NCBI GenBank assembly: GCA_035945515.1
Contig: DASZAE010000032.1
Span: 45,082 to 109,081 of the forward strand
Length of the DNA: 64,000 nucleotides
From: Terriglobia bacterium
GTDB lineage: Bacteria; Acidobacteriota; Terriglobia; UBA7540
Direction: 5' to 3'
Positions 36,298-46,451 of this stretch are shown here, piece by piece. Position 1 is the stretch's first letter, and every line of letters starts with the position of its first letter. A program made the translations under genes and the position numbers. The notes beneath the pieces were generated by a model, which searched no databases, was not told the origin of the DNA, and was given only the letters and a program-made list of their open reading frames with translations.

Positions 36298-37833
36298 ATG
36301 ATTCGCTCGATGGAGGAGTTTACGTCGGCGTTTCGTGCTGCGCGCAGCGTCTCAACGCCGCTGGTGGCGATTCGCACCGCCGATCCGGCCAGCACAACGC
36401 GCTTAATCACGGAAGCCGTTCAGCCATATCGGGCGCTTCCTGGCGTTGTGGCGTGGGACATGATGCGCGGCATTCGCGCCGTCACCAAGGATGCAGGCGA
36501 TGCCTTAGCAAATGCGCTGGGCAATCGCGAGCGCGACGCCGTGGGACCCGCCGACGCCCTGCTCGTGGCGCGGGAACTGCCGGAGGACGCAGTATTGATT
36601 TATGCAAACGCACACCGGTTCTGGAATGAGCCAAGCGTCATGCAGGGAATTTGGAACCTGCGCGACGCCTTCAAGGTGAATGGCCGACTGCTGGTGCTCT
36701 TGGCTTCGCCGGGCGCAACCCTGCCTGCGGAGCTGGCGCAAGATGTTCTGATGCTCGACGAACCTCTACCCTCGGAGGTTCACCTGGAGCGGATCGTGAA
36801 AGGGACTTTCTGCGACGCGGGGTTGGATGAGCCGGACGATCAGTTGCTTCACAGAGCGATTGATGCCTTGATGGGCTTAGCCGCATTTCCAGCCGAACAG
36901 ACTCTTGCCATGGCGCTGGTTAAGGGCGCCCTCGACCCGGAAGACCTGTGGGAGCGGAAGCGGCAGATCATCGAACAGACGCCGGGCCTGTCGGTATGGC
37001 GCGGGGGAGAAACTTTCGATGATCTCGGCGGGCTCGATAACGTCAAACGATTCTTGAAAGCGGTGCTCGCTGGGATCGAGCCACCGCGCGTTGTCGTCTT
37101 TATCGACGAGATCGAAAAGGCGTTCGCTGGGACCGGAACCGACCTCTCGGGCGTAAAGACCGAAATGGCCGGCACGATGCTCACCTGGATGCAAGATCAT
37201 GAGGCTGACGGTCTTATTTTCATAGGCCCGCCCGGAGCTTGCAAGTCGGCCATCGGGAAGGCTACCGGGAACACTGCCGGGATCCCCACCATCGCGTTTG
37301 ATCTGACGGCGATGGAGAGCTCTCTGGTTGGAGCCTCGGGCGACCGGCTGCGGACTGCGCTCAAGGTGGTGGAAGCCGTTTCGCAAGAACGGGCGCTGTT
37401 TATCGCCACCTGTAACTCCATTACCAGTCTGCCGCCCGAGCTTCGTCGGCGCTTTACGCTGGGCACCTTCTTCTTCGACCTTCCAACAGCGGAAGAGCGC
37501 GAAGCGATCTGGGAAATCTATTTCAAAAGGTATAGCGTGTCGGGTGAGGTGCCGAACGACCAGGGCTGGACCGGCGCGGAAATCAAAGAGTGCTGCCGGA
37601 AGACTTACCGGCTAAAGACGACCCTGGTGGAGGCTTCTGAATACATCGTTCCTGTGTCGCGTTCGGCCGCTGAGCCAATCAAAGCTCTTCGCCAGATGGC
37701 GTCGGGAAAGTTCATCAGTGCGTCAAAGCCCGGCGTCTACCGCTACGAGGAAGAGACCTCTGGTCCCGCGCGGCGCATGATCCGGCTAAACGAGCCGGTC
37801 ACGGTGTTGCAGCCGGCCCGCGGTGAAGCGTGA
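36298..37833 (+). CDS. Ycf46-like AAA+ ATPase with permuted motif order
   Basis: Ycf46-type N-domain, FDDLGGLDNVK, VFIDEIEKAFAG, GPPGACKS, IATCN..LPPELRRR..FFFDLP. Confidence 0.85.
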   Translation: MIRSMEEFTSAFRAARSVSTPLVAIRTADPASTTRLITEAVQPYRALPGVVAWDMMRGIRAVTKDAGDALANALGNRERDAVGPADALLVARELPEDAVLIYANAHRFWNEPSVMQGIWNLRDAFKVNGRLLVLLASPGATLPAELAQDVLMLDEPLPSEVHLERIVKGTFCDAGLDEPDDQLLHRAIDALMGLAAFPAEQTLAMALVKGALDPEDLWERKRQIIEQTPGLSVWRGGETFDDLGGLDNVKRFLKAVLAGIEPPRVVVFIDEIEKAFAGTGTDLSGVKTEMAGTMLTWMQDHEADGLIFIGPPGACKSAIGKATGNTAGIPTIAFDLTAMESSLVGASGDRLRTALKVVEAVSQERALFIATCNSITSLPPELRRRFTLGTFFFDLPTAEEREAIWEIYFKRYSVSGEVPNDQGWTGAEIKECCRKTYRLKTTLVEASEYIVPVSRSAAEPIKALRQMASGKFISASKPGVYRYEEETSGPARRMIRLNEPVTVLQPARGEA

Positions 37834-38218
37834 CGCCAACGAGTCGGTCCGAGGCCCGAGTTGGCCATTATGCTGTTTAGCGTTACGCCATATAGCGTAA
37901 CGGGGTTGTATTCCGAGGCAGCCCGGCGGAGCAGAATCTCGGAACGGCGTCCACAGAGAAAAGCGCTCGCTCAAGGCCTTGGAGTCACAGGCCGTCATCG
38001 ACCGATATCAAGTCGAGTATTTCTTTCTTAATCCGCTCTTCGCTGAATGGGTCCGCCAGCGAATGAGGTCAATACCCCACCTCGGAATGGCTATCGCAAA
38101 TTAGCCATTCTGATGCCCGCTCGTGTTGACATTTAACACCCGAGCCCGCATCGCCAGCTCTGATACCAACCTTTGCTTTTCTGGCAGAACGCTTCTTCCA
38201 ATTCCTGGAGGTTTACTT

Positions 38219-39136
38219 ATGGCCACAGCGCCCCTGATCTGTGATCTTCAATCCCCGGGCGACGACTTAGCCCGCAAGACTGTCTTCGTCAAACTTCGCC
38301 TGGGCGTATTGGGTAATAGCCGGAAAGTGAGCTCGGCCCAGGTTGAAGTGGATGCCGATAAAGATTCTATCCGCGTCTCCAAATCGTTGATCAACTCCGG
38401 CGAACTTGAGGCCATCCGGCGGCTGGACGGGGAGATTCGGCGTTACTTGTACGGCGTGTGCTTGCCGTTCGAGCCGGGCATTCACCTGCTGCCTATTCCA
38501 TTGATCGAAACGGTCGACACGAAACTCCGTGAGTTTCAATCAAAGCGCCTAGAGTTGGTTGACGTTTTTCTGGAAACTTATCCGCGGCTTTGCGTGGAGG
38601 CCGCCAGCCGGTTGCGCACGCTTTACAATCCGCTCGATTACCCCCCGGTTGAGGAAGTCCGCTCTGCCTTTTCCTGCTCGTGGCAATACGTTAGTTATGG
38701 TGTCCCAGATCAGCTTCGCGCCGTCTCCGAACGGATGTTTCAGGAAGAGCGTGATAAGGCTGCCGACCGCATGGCTGAGGCTTATACGGAAGTACGGCGG
38801 GTGTTGCGTGAGGCGATGGTCGAACTGGTAGCCCACCTCCGAGACCGGCTCTCGGACCAACCAGATGGAACACCGCAGCGGCTGCGCGAATCAACGGTCC
38901 AAAGGTTAAGAGAATTTCTGGATACGTTCGATTTCCGCAACGTGACTAACGATCAGCAATTGAAGGAGCAGGTGGAGCGGGCGCGGGTATTGCTCGCCGG
39001 CAAAACAACCGATGCCATCCGCAACACGGCGGAACTTCGGGTGCGAGTGCGCGAAGGGATGACAGAGATCGCCGGACGGCTGGAAAACATGGTGGCGGAT
39101 CGCGTAGGGCGAAAATTCCGGCTTGACGAAGCGTGA
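38219..39136 (+). CDS. DUF3150-like helical protein
   Basis: GGAGG RBS; GIHLLPIPLI, YNPLDYP, FDFRNVTND. Confidence 0.6.
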   Translation: MATAPLICDLQSPGDDLARKTVFVKLRLGVLGNSRKVSSAQVEVDADKDSIRVSKSLINSGELEAIRRLDGEIRRYLYGVCLPFEPGIHLLPIPLIETVDTKLREFQSKRLELVDVFLETYPRLCVEAASRLRTLYNPLDYPPVEEVRSAFSCSWQYVSYGVPDQLRAVSERMFQEERDKAADRMAEAYTEVRRVLREAMVELVAHLRDRLSDQPDGTPQRLRESTVQRLREFLDTFDFRNVTNDQQLKEQVERARVLLAGKTTDAIRNTAELRVRVREGMTEIAGRLENMVADRVGRKFRLDEA

Positions 39137-39530
39137 GGCACCGCCGGGAACGGCCAACCCCAGGAGAAGGTAAAGCCGCAGCCCAAGAAAGCATGAGCCA
39201 ACACCCAGTAAGGTCGTCTTGATCTCTATTCTTTTACGGCGACCGCATTACGGTGAACGGGGGCGGCGTGTTGCCGTGCGCGGAATACAAGTTTGGCGCG
39301 GCTGCGGAAGTTGGCGGCAGCGCCACCGAACGGCACACGGTCTTACCGGATCGTGTGCCGCGCGTGAAGGATTCGGGAACCATGCGACAGGCCGCCGGAC
39401 GGGTTGGTGACACAGTGATTCCTGAAGTTCAATTAAGCCCTAAAGGGCGCGCCATTGTGTCGAAGTATCCTCCTGCGGCAGCCTCGCGCCGGAACCTGGA
39501 GACATCCGAGCCGTAGCAGACCTGCTGAAA

Positions 39531-39830
39531 ATGAAGTCGGAGGATTCACACCTCGAGAAAGCCTACTTCGAGGCGGTCGAGTTCGGAGAGTATTGGGCGG
39601 AAGTCTACGAAAACCTCCGTCGTGATGGCATCGCTGCTCTTGAGAATTACTACGAAGACTCTGACTTCGGAGAGGTAGACAACAGACTTGAGGCGCTCGA
39701 CGCCGTCCTTTGGGCCTTGCGCTGCGACATTGTACGGTCGAAACGAGATCAACGAGCCATGGGGCTGAAGTATGGGATGCGGGTGACATCAGGCAAAACC
39801 GCGACTTTCGGTCAGATGCGCCTCTTTTGA
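39531..39830 (+). CDS. Small acidic protein ending in QMRLF
   Basis: 99-aa ORF with a clamp-binding-like C-terminus. Confidence 0.55.
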   Translation: MKSEDSHLEKAYFEAVEFGEYWAEVYENLRRDGIAALENYYEDSDFGEVDNRLEALDAVLWALRCDIVRSKRDQRAMGLKYGMRVTSGKTATFGQMRLF

Positions 39831-39862
39831 CACGTGAGAGTCCAGGTCAAGGAGAGGAAGCC

Positions 39863-40114
39863 ATGACACGACTTATTGATCGCCGAACCCGACTCGTTTT
39901 CGAGACGCCCTTGCTGATTGGCAGGCGGCCCTTGATCGTCACCATCGAGCCCTGGGGTTTGCGGCTCCATGAAAAGGGACGCCGCCAGAGCGACCTGCCT
40001 ATTAGCTGGGCGCAGGTGTGGAATCGGGCGGCGGTGATCGCGGCGGATGAAAGCCGAGCGGAACGTGCGAGGAAATTCAAGAAAGAGAAGCTATTCACCC
40101 AACGAGAAATGTGA
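39863..40114 (+). CDS. Hypothetical protein
   Basis: GGAGAGG RBS before ATG 39863. Confidence 0.6.
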   Translation: MTRLIDRRTRLVFETPLLIGRRPLIVTIEPWGLRLHEKGRRQSDLPISWAQVWNRAAVIAADESRAERARKFKKEKLFTQREM

Positions 40115-40593
40115 CAGTCTGCCATATCCCGTCGACGAAGCGGACAAGCACGAAGGGCGGGCAGGTCATTGCGGAAAAGAAAGCCACGGACGAGCTGTCG
40201 ACACCGAGGCATCTGACACGGGAGCGTACCGAGCGCGTGGCCGCGTGCCACAACGCTCGCTTCGCCGCCAAACATCCACTTCTCACTTCGGGAAAACTTG
40301 ACCCGCCGGTCCAGAGCCGAGCAATTTCTGGTGTACTTCGAGAGGCGGGGACGGGCCCGCGCGAAATTTCGCTCTGTCAGGAACCGCTGGCAGCGCGATA
40401 CCGCCGACTGTCGGGCAGAAGGTGGGAGCAAAAGGGCCAGCGAGAGTAGATCGTCAGCGCGCCGTGCTGCCGTCCAGCTCAGGTTACAGCGGGGAACTTC
40501 TGGCGGAGCGAACTGGCGCGGTTGCTAGGGCGATCGGCTGGCGCTTGCCGCGAAGCACAGTCAACGTTCAAGAAAAATGAGAAGGAGGCCATT

Positions 40594-41055
40594 ATGAGCG
40601 GATCAGTCAACAGAGTCATTCTTATCGGACGACTGGGCAAAGACCCAGAAGTCCGCTACACGGCCGAAGGCACGGCTGTGGCTAACTTCAGCCTTGCCAC
40701 CGACGAAAGCTTTACTGATCGGGCTGGCGACAAGCAAACGCGGACGGAGTGGCATCGGATCGTGGCTTGGAAGCGGCTGGCGGAGGTTTGTGGTGAATAC
40801 CTTGCCAAGGGGAAGCTCGTGTACATCGAAGGAACCATTCGCACCCGGAAGTGGAACGACCAGAATGGGACGGAACGGAAATCCTTTGATATTGTTGCCA
40901 GTCAGATGCGGATGCTCTCATCGAACGGCAACGGCGCGAAAGCCAAAGTTGAAAGCGCCAAGCCTGCGTCCGAGACCAAGACTTCTCAGCAGGCAGCTCA
41001 AGTCTCAGAGGCGGATAACCCCTTCGAAGCTGACAATTCCGACGTTCCCTTCTAG
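40594..41055 (+). CDS. ssb: Single-stranded DNA-binding protein
   Basis: VNRVILIGRLGKDPEVRY, TEWHRIV, KGKLVYIEG; acidic tail SDVPF. Confidence 0.96.
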   Translation: MSGSVNRVILIGRLGKDPEVRYTAEGTAVANFSLATDESFTDRAGDKQTRTEWHRIVAWKRLAEVCGEYLAKGKLVYIEGTIRTRKWNDQNGTERKSFDIVASQMRMLSSNGNGAKAKVESAKPASETKTSQQAAQVSEADNPFEADNSDVPF

Positions 41056-41558
41056 CGTTGGTTCTTACCGCACATGATGGATGGGAATCGAAATCAGGTG
41101 TTGGTGATGAGCACCAGTCACCGAAGGCGGAGCGTCCGAGTTGCTCTGCGAGCGCCTTTAATCTGGTTCTGGTCGATCTCCCCGCGAAACAGCTCCCCGA
41201 GATCAAAAAACTCTCTCTTTCTGTTTGCGGGTCCGGCGCTTTGGTCGATGAGTTCCGCCAGGACACGGTTATCGCTGAGGCTGTGACACTCCGGCATGGC
41301 ACCCGCCCGCTTAAACACCTCTCGGGATTGCACCACACTTCGTCGAACGTGTCCGGCGGCCATGCGCTGCGGTGTGCACGGTGTATGCCTACGACTCGCT
41401 CTACTCCGCAACAAGCCCGCAGGATATCGAAGATGACCCTGATATGCCAGCCGTTATCTCAGAGATAGCGCCCGCCCCTGGATTAGGAACGGTCATGACT
41501 GCAACCGGCCGGAGGCACGAGGCCGGGAGGGCACATTCAAATGAAAGGAAAACTCACC

Positions 41559-41951
41559 ATGCGCAAAGATGAAGATCTGGAACGCGCAATCGCTGATTTC
41601 GAGGAGCGGCGACGGCAAGAGAAGAAGGCCGCCAAAGCCGCCTTGCTAGCGATTGTGGAACAACTCCGTATCCTTCGCATCAGCCAGGTATGCGCGATCT
41701 TCAACGGCTACGGAGATGAAGGAATGATTGATAGCGTCGAGTTTCTCGACGCCCAGGGGGAGCTTGTGACCAGCGTGCGGCCGGAGCGGTTCCGTAATTT
41801 GCAAGAGAGCTTCTACCGCCTGCTTCCTGCCGGTTACGAGCAGAACGAAGGCAGTTCGGGAACGGTGTCGCTCGACGTGGAGCACGGCTACGTCGTGGTC
41901 GATGTCAACTGGAATGTCACCACTACCGAAAATGAGCGCTACGAGGTGTAA
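41559..41951 (+). CDS. DUF6878-like protein
   Basis: FNGYGDEGMI, GYEQNEGSSGT. Confidence 0.65.
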   Translation: MRKDEDLERAIADFEERRRQEKKAAKAALLAIVEQLRILRISQVCAIFNGYGDEGMIDSVEFLDAQGELVTSVRPERFRNLQESFYRLLPAGYEQNEGSSGTVSLDVEHGYVVVDVNWNVTTTENERYEV

Positions 41952-41953
41952 CT

Positions 41954-42307
41954 ATGGCCCATCCGATCCGGCATGCCGAATCGTCGGCTCGCAAGTTTGG
42001 GGGCAAGTTTGAAGACTATCTGGTGATTCATAGGTGGTTCGACGAGTCGAAAGCCTTCCTTGCGGACTTCCGGCATCGTGCATTGAGGCATCATACCCAG
42101 GGGATCTTCATGGCGGAGCGCTTGTTTGGAACAAGCTTCGTCAATAGCGATGGGAGAGTTGTTGCCGTCCGCTATCTCGGAGAACAGCATGTGCGGGAAG
42201 ACTTGGGCCGCATTCCCACGCTTCAGGATTGGCTGGCGAACCTGAAGCCGGCGCCGTGGATGTACGGCCAAAAGCTTGAGAAAAGGGACGAAAACGCATT
42301 TACCTGA
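41954..42307 (+). CDS. DUF6915-like protein
   Basis: HPIRHAESSARKFGG, IHRWFDESK, HRALRHH, GEQHVREDLG. Confidence 0.7.
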   Translation: MAHPIRHAESSARKFGGKFEDYLVIHRWFDESKAFLADFRHRALRHHTQGIFMAERLFGTSFVNSDGRVVAVRYLGEQHVREDLGRIPTLQDWLANLKPAPWMYGQKLEKRDENAFT

Positions 42308-42356
42308 CTGAAAACCCTCGACGGCCATGTTAATCTGAACCCAGCAGGAGTTGACC

Positions 42357-42908
42357 ATGGCGACGAAAACCTTGCTGACGGTTAAAGAGTATACGGCCCT
42401 TGAGGAACCCGAGGGCGTGCGCTACGAATTGAGCAACGGAGAACTGATTGTGACCCCTTCATCGAGCCACTTTCATAATCGGATCCGCGATGATCTGAAC
42501 AGCCGTCTGTGGGCTTTCGTGAAAGAGCACAAGCTGGGCGAGGTGACCAGCGAGACAGACCTGAAGTTGGCCGAGGATGTCGTTCGCCGGCCCGACGTAG
42601 CTTTTATTCGCGGCGGGCGTCTTGAAGGGATTGACCTCGATCAATCGCCGTTGCCGGTCGCTCCAGATTTGGCCATCGAAATTGTGTCCAAGAACGACCG
42701 GGCTGATGATCTACTTGTGAAGGTGGCGCAGTATCTCCACGCGGGCGCTCAGGTCGTGTGGTTGATGTACCCTAACACCCGGCTGGCCTATCGCTACCTT
42801 CCGGGTAATTTGCAACCGGAAGTTCGCACCGCCGAGGCCGGAGATAAGTTTGAGGAACCTGGATTATTGCCCGGATTTGCCCTTCGACTCGCTGAAATCT
42901 TCGGCTAA
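42357..42908 (+). CDS. Uma2-family PD-(D/E)XK endonuclease
   Basis: RYELSNGEL, RRPDVAFI, APDLAIEIVS, LPGF. Confidence 0.9.
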   Translation: MATKTLLTVKEYTALEEPEGVRYELSNGELIVTPSSSHFHNRIRDDLNSRLWAFVKEHKLGEVTSETDLKLAEDVVRRPDVAFIRGGRLEGIDLDQSPLPVAPDLAIEIVSKNDRADDLLVKVAQYLHAGAQVVWLMYPNTRLAYRYLPGNLQPEVRTAEAGDKFEEPGLLPGFALRLAEIFG

Positions 42909-43021
42909 CGCCCGTTCCCACCCCGCCGATACCCCCACGAATGACTTGGCAACGGTTGGACTCACAGCATCGCTGAACCTTTGTTGGCTTGCCAGACGGT
43001 GAGTCGAGGCATGGCTTTCCT

Positions 43022-43951
43022 TCAGGAGGGATCGTCGGGTTCTACGAGCGGCAGCGATGCCTGGAGGGCGGCGGTCGGCGTGGCAGTGATGATCAGCGTC
43101 AAGTCGGGATACTCTTTAACTAACGATTCAGGAACATGGACGGCGTGTCCCGTCACGAGAGCGATCAATTGCAGCCCATTGGCGACGGCCTTTCCACGGG
43201 CGTGATTGTTGGTGATGACGAAGGTGATCTTGCTTTGTCGAGCAATATGCCGGATGCGGTCAATCCAGGGGTCTAATTCTTCCATTCCATAAAGATAGTT
43301 GTAACGCTGGCCCGGATTCTCGTTCGACGCAAACCATTCCTTTTAGTTTCGCCCGTGCAGCCGTACATAACCGACAGCCGCCGTGACGTTCTCGGTCGGT
43401 TTGATCGACCGGCCGATCACCGGCTGGTCGATGTTGCAGAACCCGACGCCGAACTCGGTGAGCATTTCGAGGATCTCGGGCTTATTCCATGAGCTATGGC
43501 GAACTTCGAGGACCAGAGGATATTCGCGGAACCGCCTGCAAAGATCGGCAAGATACTGGCGATTTTCAGGATCGTTTTTGAATGACCACGGAAACTGCAA
43601 CAACAACGCTCCCAGTCGTTTGGTTTCAGCCAGCGGCGCAATGCCTTCCTTGAATGTGCGCTCGTCTTCCGGCGTCGCACTCCGATCGTGCGTAAAGCCC
43701 TGCCATAGCTTGGCGGTGAATATGAAGTTCTGATTGTGCTCAACCTGCCTGATCCATTCCTTCATCACTCCGGGCCGCAGTGGGTTATAGAAGCTGGTGT
43801 TGATCTCTACTGTGTCAAAGAACTGTGCCAGATATTCCAGTTCATGGAAGCCTCGCGGCTTGCGTTTGGGATAGACAATCCCTCGCCAATCGGGATAGGA
43901 CCAACCTGCCGGGCCGATGCGAATAACGGCTTGCGAGGGAGCGTCCGCCAT
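43022..43951 (-). pseudogene. DUF72 (YecE) family protein with an in-frame TAA at 43343-43345
   Basis: IGPAGWSY.DW.G..YP, FDTVEINTSFY, LLQFP, LEVRH, YVRLHGRN*KEWF..RYNYLY, TNNH continuing in the same frame. Confidence 0.88.
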
Positions 43952-43965
43952 AATGTGAGTTTAGC

Positions 43966-46201
43966 TCAGGATCGGCGGAATAGAAGCTGCGAAGGACTCG
44001 AATCTTTTAGAAAGTGACGGAGATGCAGTGGGGAAGCAAGGGAGTGCGCGAAGTGGGTGAAAGGTTGGAATGCCTTCTCCAGCGCATCCTGGTAGACGGT
44101 TACGTCGTAACCTCTCCAGGCTTCCCACAGAGTCCAGGCACGCACTCGGTCATCAAATAGTTTGGAGTGGACATCGGTGACGATGAACTGAATGTTCTCA
44201 CCCGGACGTAATTCAACGCCGGCGCGGTCGAGCTGCCGGGCAACAATCGCCGTCAGATTATTTTTCTGATAATCCTTAGGGGAGCGAGTCAGCCGTCTAC
44301 TTATGACCAGTTCTTCAGGCGCGACACTGCACTCAATCAGCCGGGCAAGGCATTGCTCATAGACCTCGCGCGCCTCGGCGAGCTTCGCGTGGTACGATTC
44401 GAAATCGACTGCCTCACTGAGAATGGCGAGCACTTGGCGCTGCATCCGGGCGACCAAGGGCGGCGTGTCATGACGGCGGCATTCGAGGCCCCTGATCTTA
44501 AGTTCTCCGCTTTGGGATACTGCGAAAAAGCGGTTGGGCACCGGAATCTCAGCGTCCTGCTTTGACGGCAGGAAAACAAGGTAGCGATAGACAGCTTCGA
44601 CGGCCAGCGGCAGGCTGGTCTTTGCCTCGATCTGGCGGGCGAGCCGTTCGTACTCTTTGGTCCTCGCATCAGGTTTCTGAACGTAGAGCGAATCCACTAA
44701 AGCATGGAGCACCCGGTAACCGGAGGCTTCCGCCGTCTCCTTCGCCACCAGTAACTTCTCACGCGCCATTGCATTGATAGCCTCATGAGCTTCGATCTTG
44801 CCGAACCGGGCATTCTTATAACCTGTATAGCCGAAGCAGCACACTAAAAGCCACTTCAGCGCATCGCGGCGCAGCTTGTATTGTGCTGCACTTTGGGGAT
44901 CATCTCTGGCTTGCTGTTTGTAGATTTGACGCTTTTCAATCAGCCGCTCCACCACCCGGCTGGTAATCCCCCGCCGGCGCTGGCAGACGCGGTAGCCAAG
45001 CTCGGGGATTCGCGGTGCATCAGGGCAGCAGCCGCAATTGATAGTTTCGGGCGAGATATTGAATCTCGCCATGATGCTCGGATACTCGCTGATAAAGTCG
45101 AGTTCGGCAACGTTTTCAAAGAAGCCCGGACGCGGGGCAAAGACCAAGCCGCCTCGATCTGCGGCCAGAAGCTCATCGGGATGCTTGGGATTCTCGGGCT
45201 CGGCCTTCTGTTCGGGAATCAGCGTTCCGTCCTTATAGGCCAGCTCCATCTGCATGTAGGAAATGCCCGTTCCGGTGGTGGTCCGAGCGGCGTATTGAAT
45301 GGGAAGTTTGGTTACGCGCGCCAGCTCCCACAAGCCGTCTAGCTCGCACTGCTCGGCAATAAAAGAATTCTGGGTGTCAATATGAAGCCTGCCCAAGAGG
45401 GTGCTGGCGCTTTCCTTGAACAAGATGCGCCCGTAGCTCATATAACTTCGTGCGGCGCTTCGCTGGACGGACGCCTTATCGCGGCTGAGGGAAAGGTGAA
45501 TCTTCCGTCCGGCTGCTTGCCGGAGCAGTAAGGGTAACAGCACCGAGTCGCCCCAGTCGCTCAGAATGATGTCAGGATCATGCACACGAAGTAGGCGCTC
45601 GAAGCCATCCGCAACAGGTTCATCCGCGTCCTGCAACACCCGCCACTCTCCGTCGATGCCAATCTCGACTGCGCTTTGGCGGGTTCACCCGGCTGAGGCC
45701 TTCCAGTCGAATCTGCATGATTCGCAGAGGCGGCAGATCATAAGTTGTGGACCACTCATCGTCATCGCAGACAAGCGAACGGATTTCGCCGGTGTCGTTC
45801 ATCTCGATGCTGACATACGCCAGCGGAAAAACCCCTTTCTCCCAACAATAGACAGATGCAAGCATCAAGTCGGAATTGTAAAGCCGGAAGCTGGCGTCAA
45901 ATCGTCGAACAAAGCGGGAAAGAGTTGGAAATAACAGCAAGTGATGAACGGCCACGCGCAGCACCCGCAGCGGCTTTCCGTCCCAGATGTTGGCGCGTTC
46001 GGTGAGGGTGCAACGGGCTGGAAATCTGGCCTCAAGCGTCTGCGCCAGGCGGGAAAGCCGAGTCTCCGGTCCCTGGACGTAAAAGCAGGGTTGGAATGAC
46101 GGGTCAATCAGACGATGCCGTTTCCCGTTCGTTTCGATCAGCCACAACGCCATCCCCTCGCGGCGCGGGTAAAGGTCGAGAATCCATCCACTGTGTTTCA
46201 A
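43966..46201 (-). pseudogene. Family B DNA polymerase, PolB2 (Dpo2) group, frameshifted near 45670
   Basis: N-part GWILDLYP; motif A LDFISEYPSIM, motif B ALKWLLVCCFGYTGY, motif C HALVDSL, KIRGLECRRHD. Confidence 0.85.
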
Positions 46202-46451
46202 GATTAACTCCTAGACGCACCTCGATGGCACGGAGCCGAATTTCGTGGTTAAGCCCGATGGCCACGTTGATCGCGTCCATGGGATTCACGGGGAACTGGT
46301 AAGTGCATGCTTGAGAGAACAGGCGAACCCGATTGAACATGGATTCAAAATAGACGCGCTCCTCCTGGCGAAGGGCGCGGCCAAAGACGCGCTGCCAGGA
46401 CTGAAGCTCTTGTTCAATCAAGTCTCGAAATGTTGCGACCGTTCGCCCCAT
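46104..46451 (-). CDS. Small PolB2-associated helical protein (arCOG07300-like)
   Basis: MGRTVATFR..W..FGRALRQEER..F..MF; sits directly upstream of PolB2. Confidence 0.75.
   Translation of the reverse strand: MGRTVATFRDLIEQELQSWQRVFGRALRQEERVYFESMFNRVRLFSQACTYQFPVNPMDAINVAIGLNHEIRLRAIEVRLGVNLETQWMDSRPLPAPRGDGVVADRNERETASSD

Noticed and set aside
32522-43345. Stop-codon reassignment, since two in-frame stops fall where Tyr would fit
   Set aside because: One is TAG and one is TAA, both are used as normal stops throughout the window, and Tyr codons are one substitution from either
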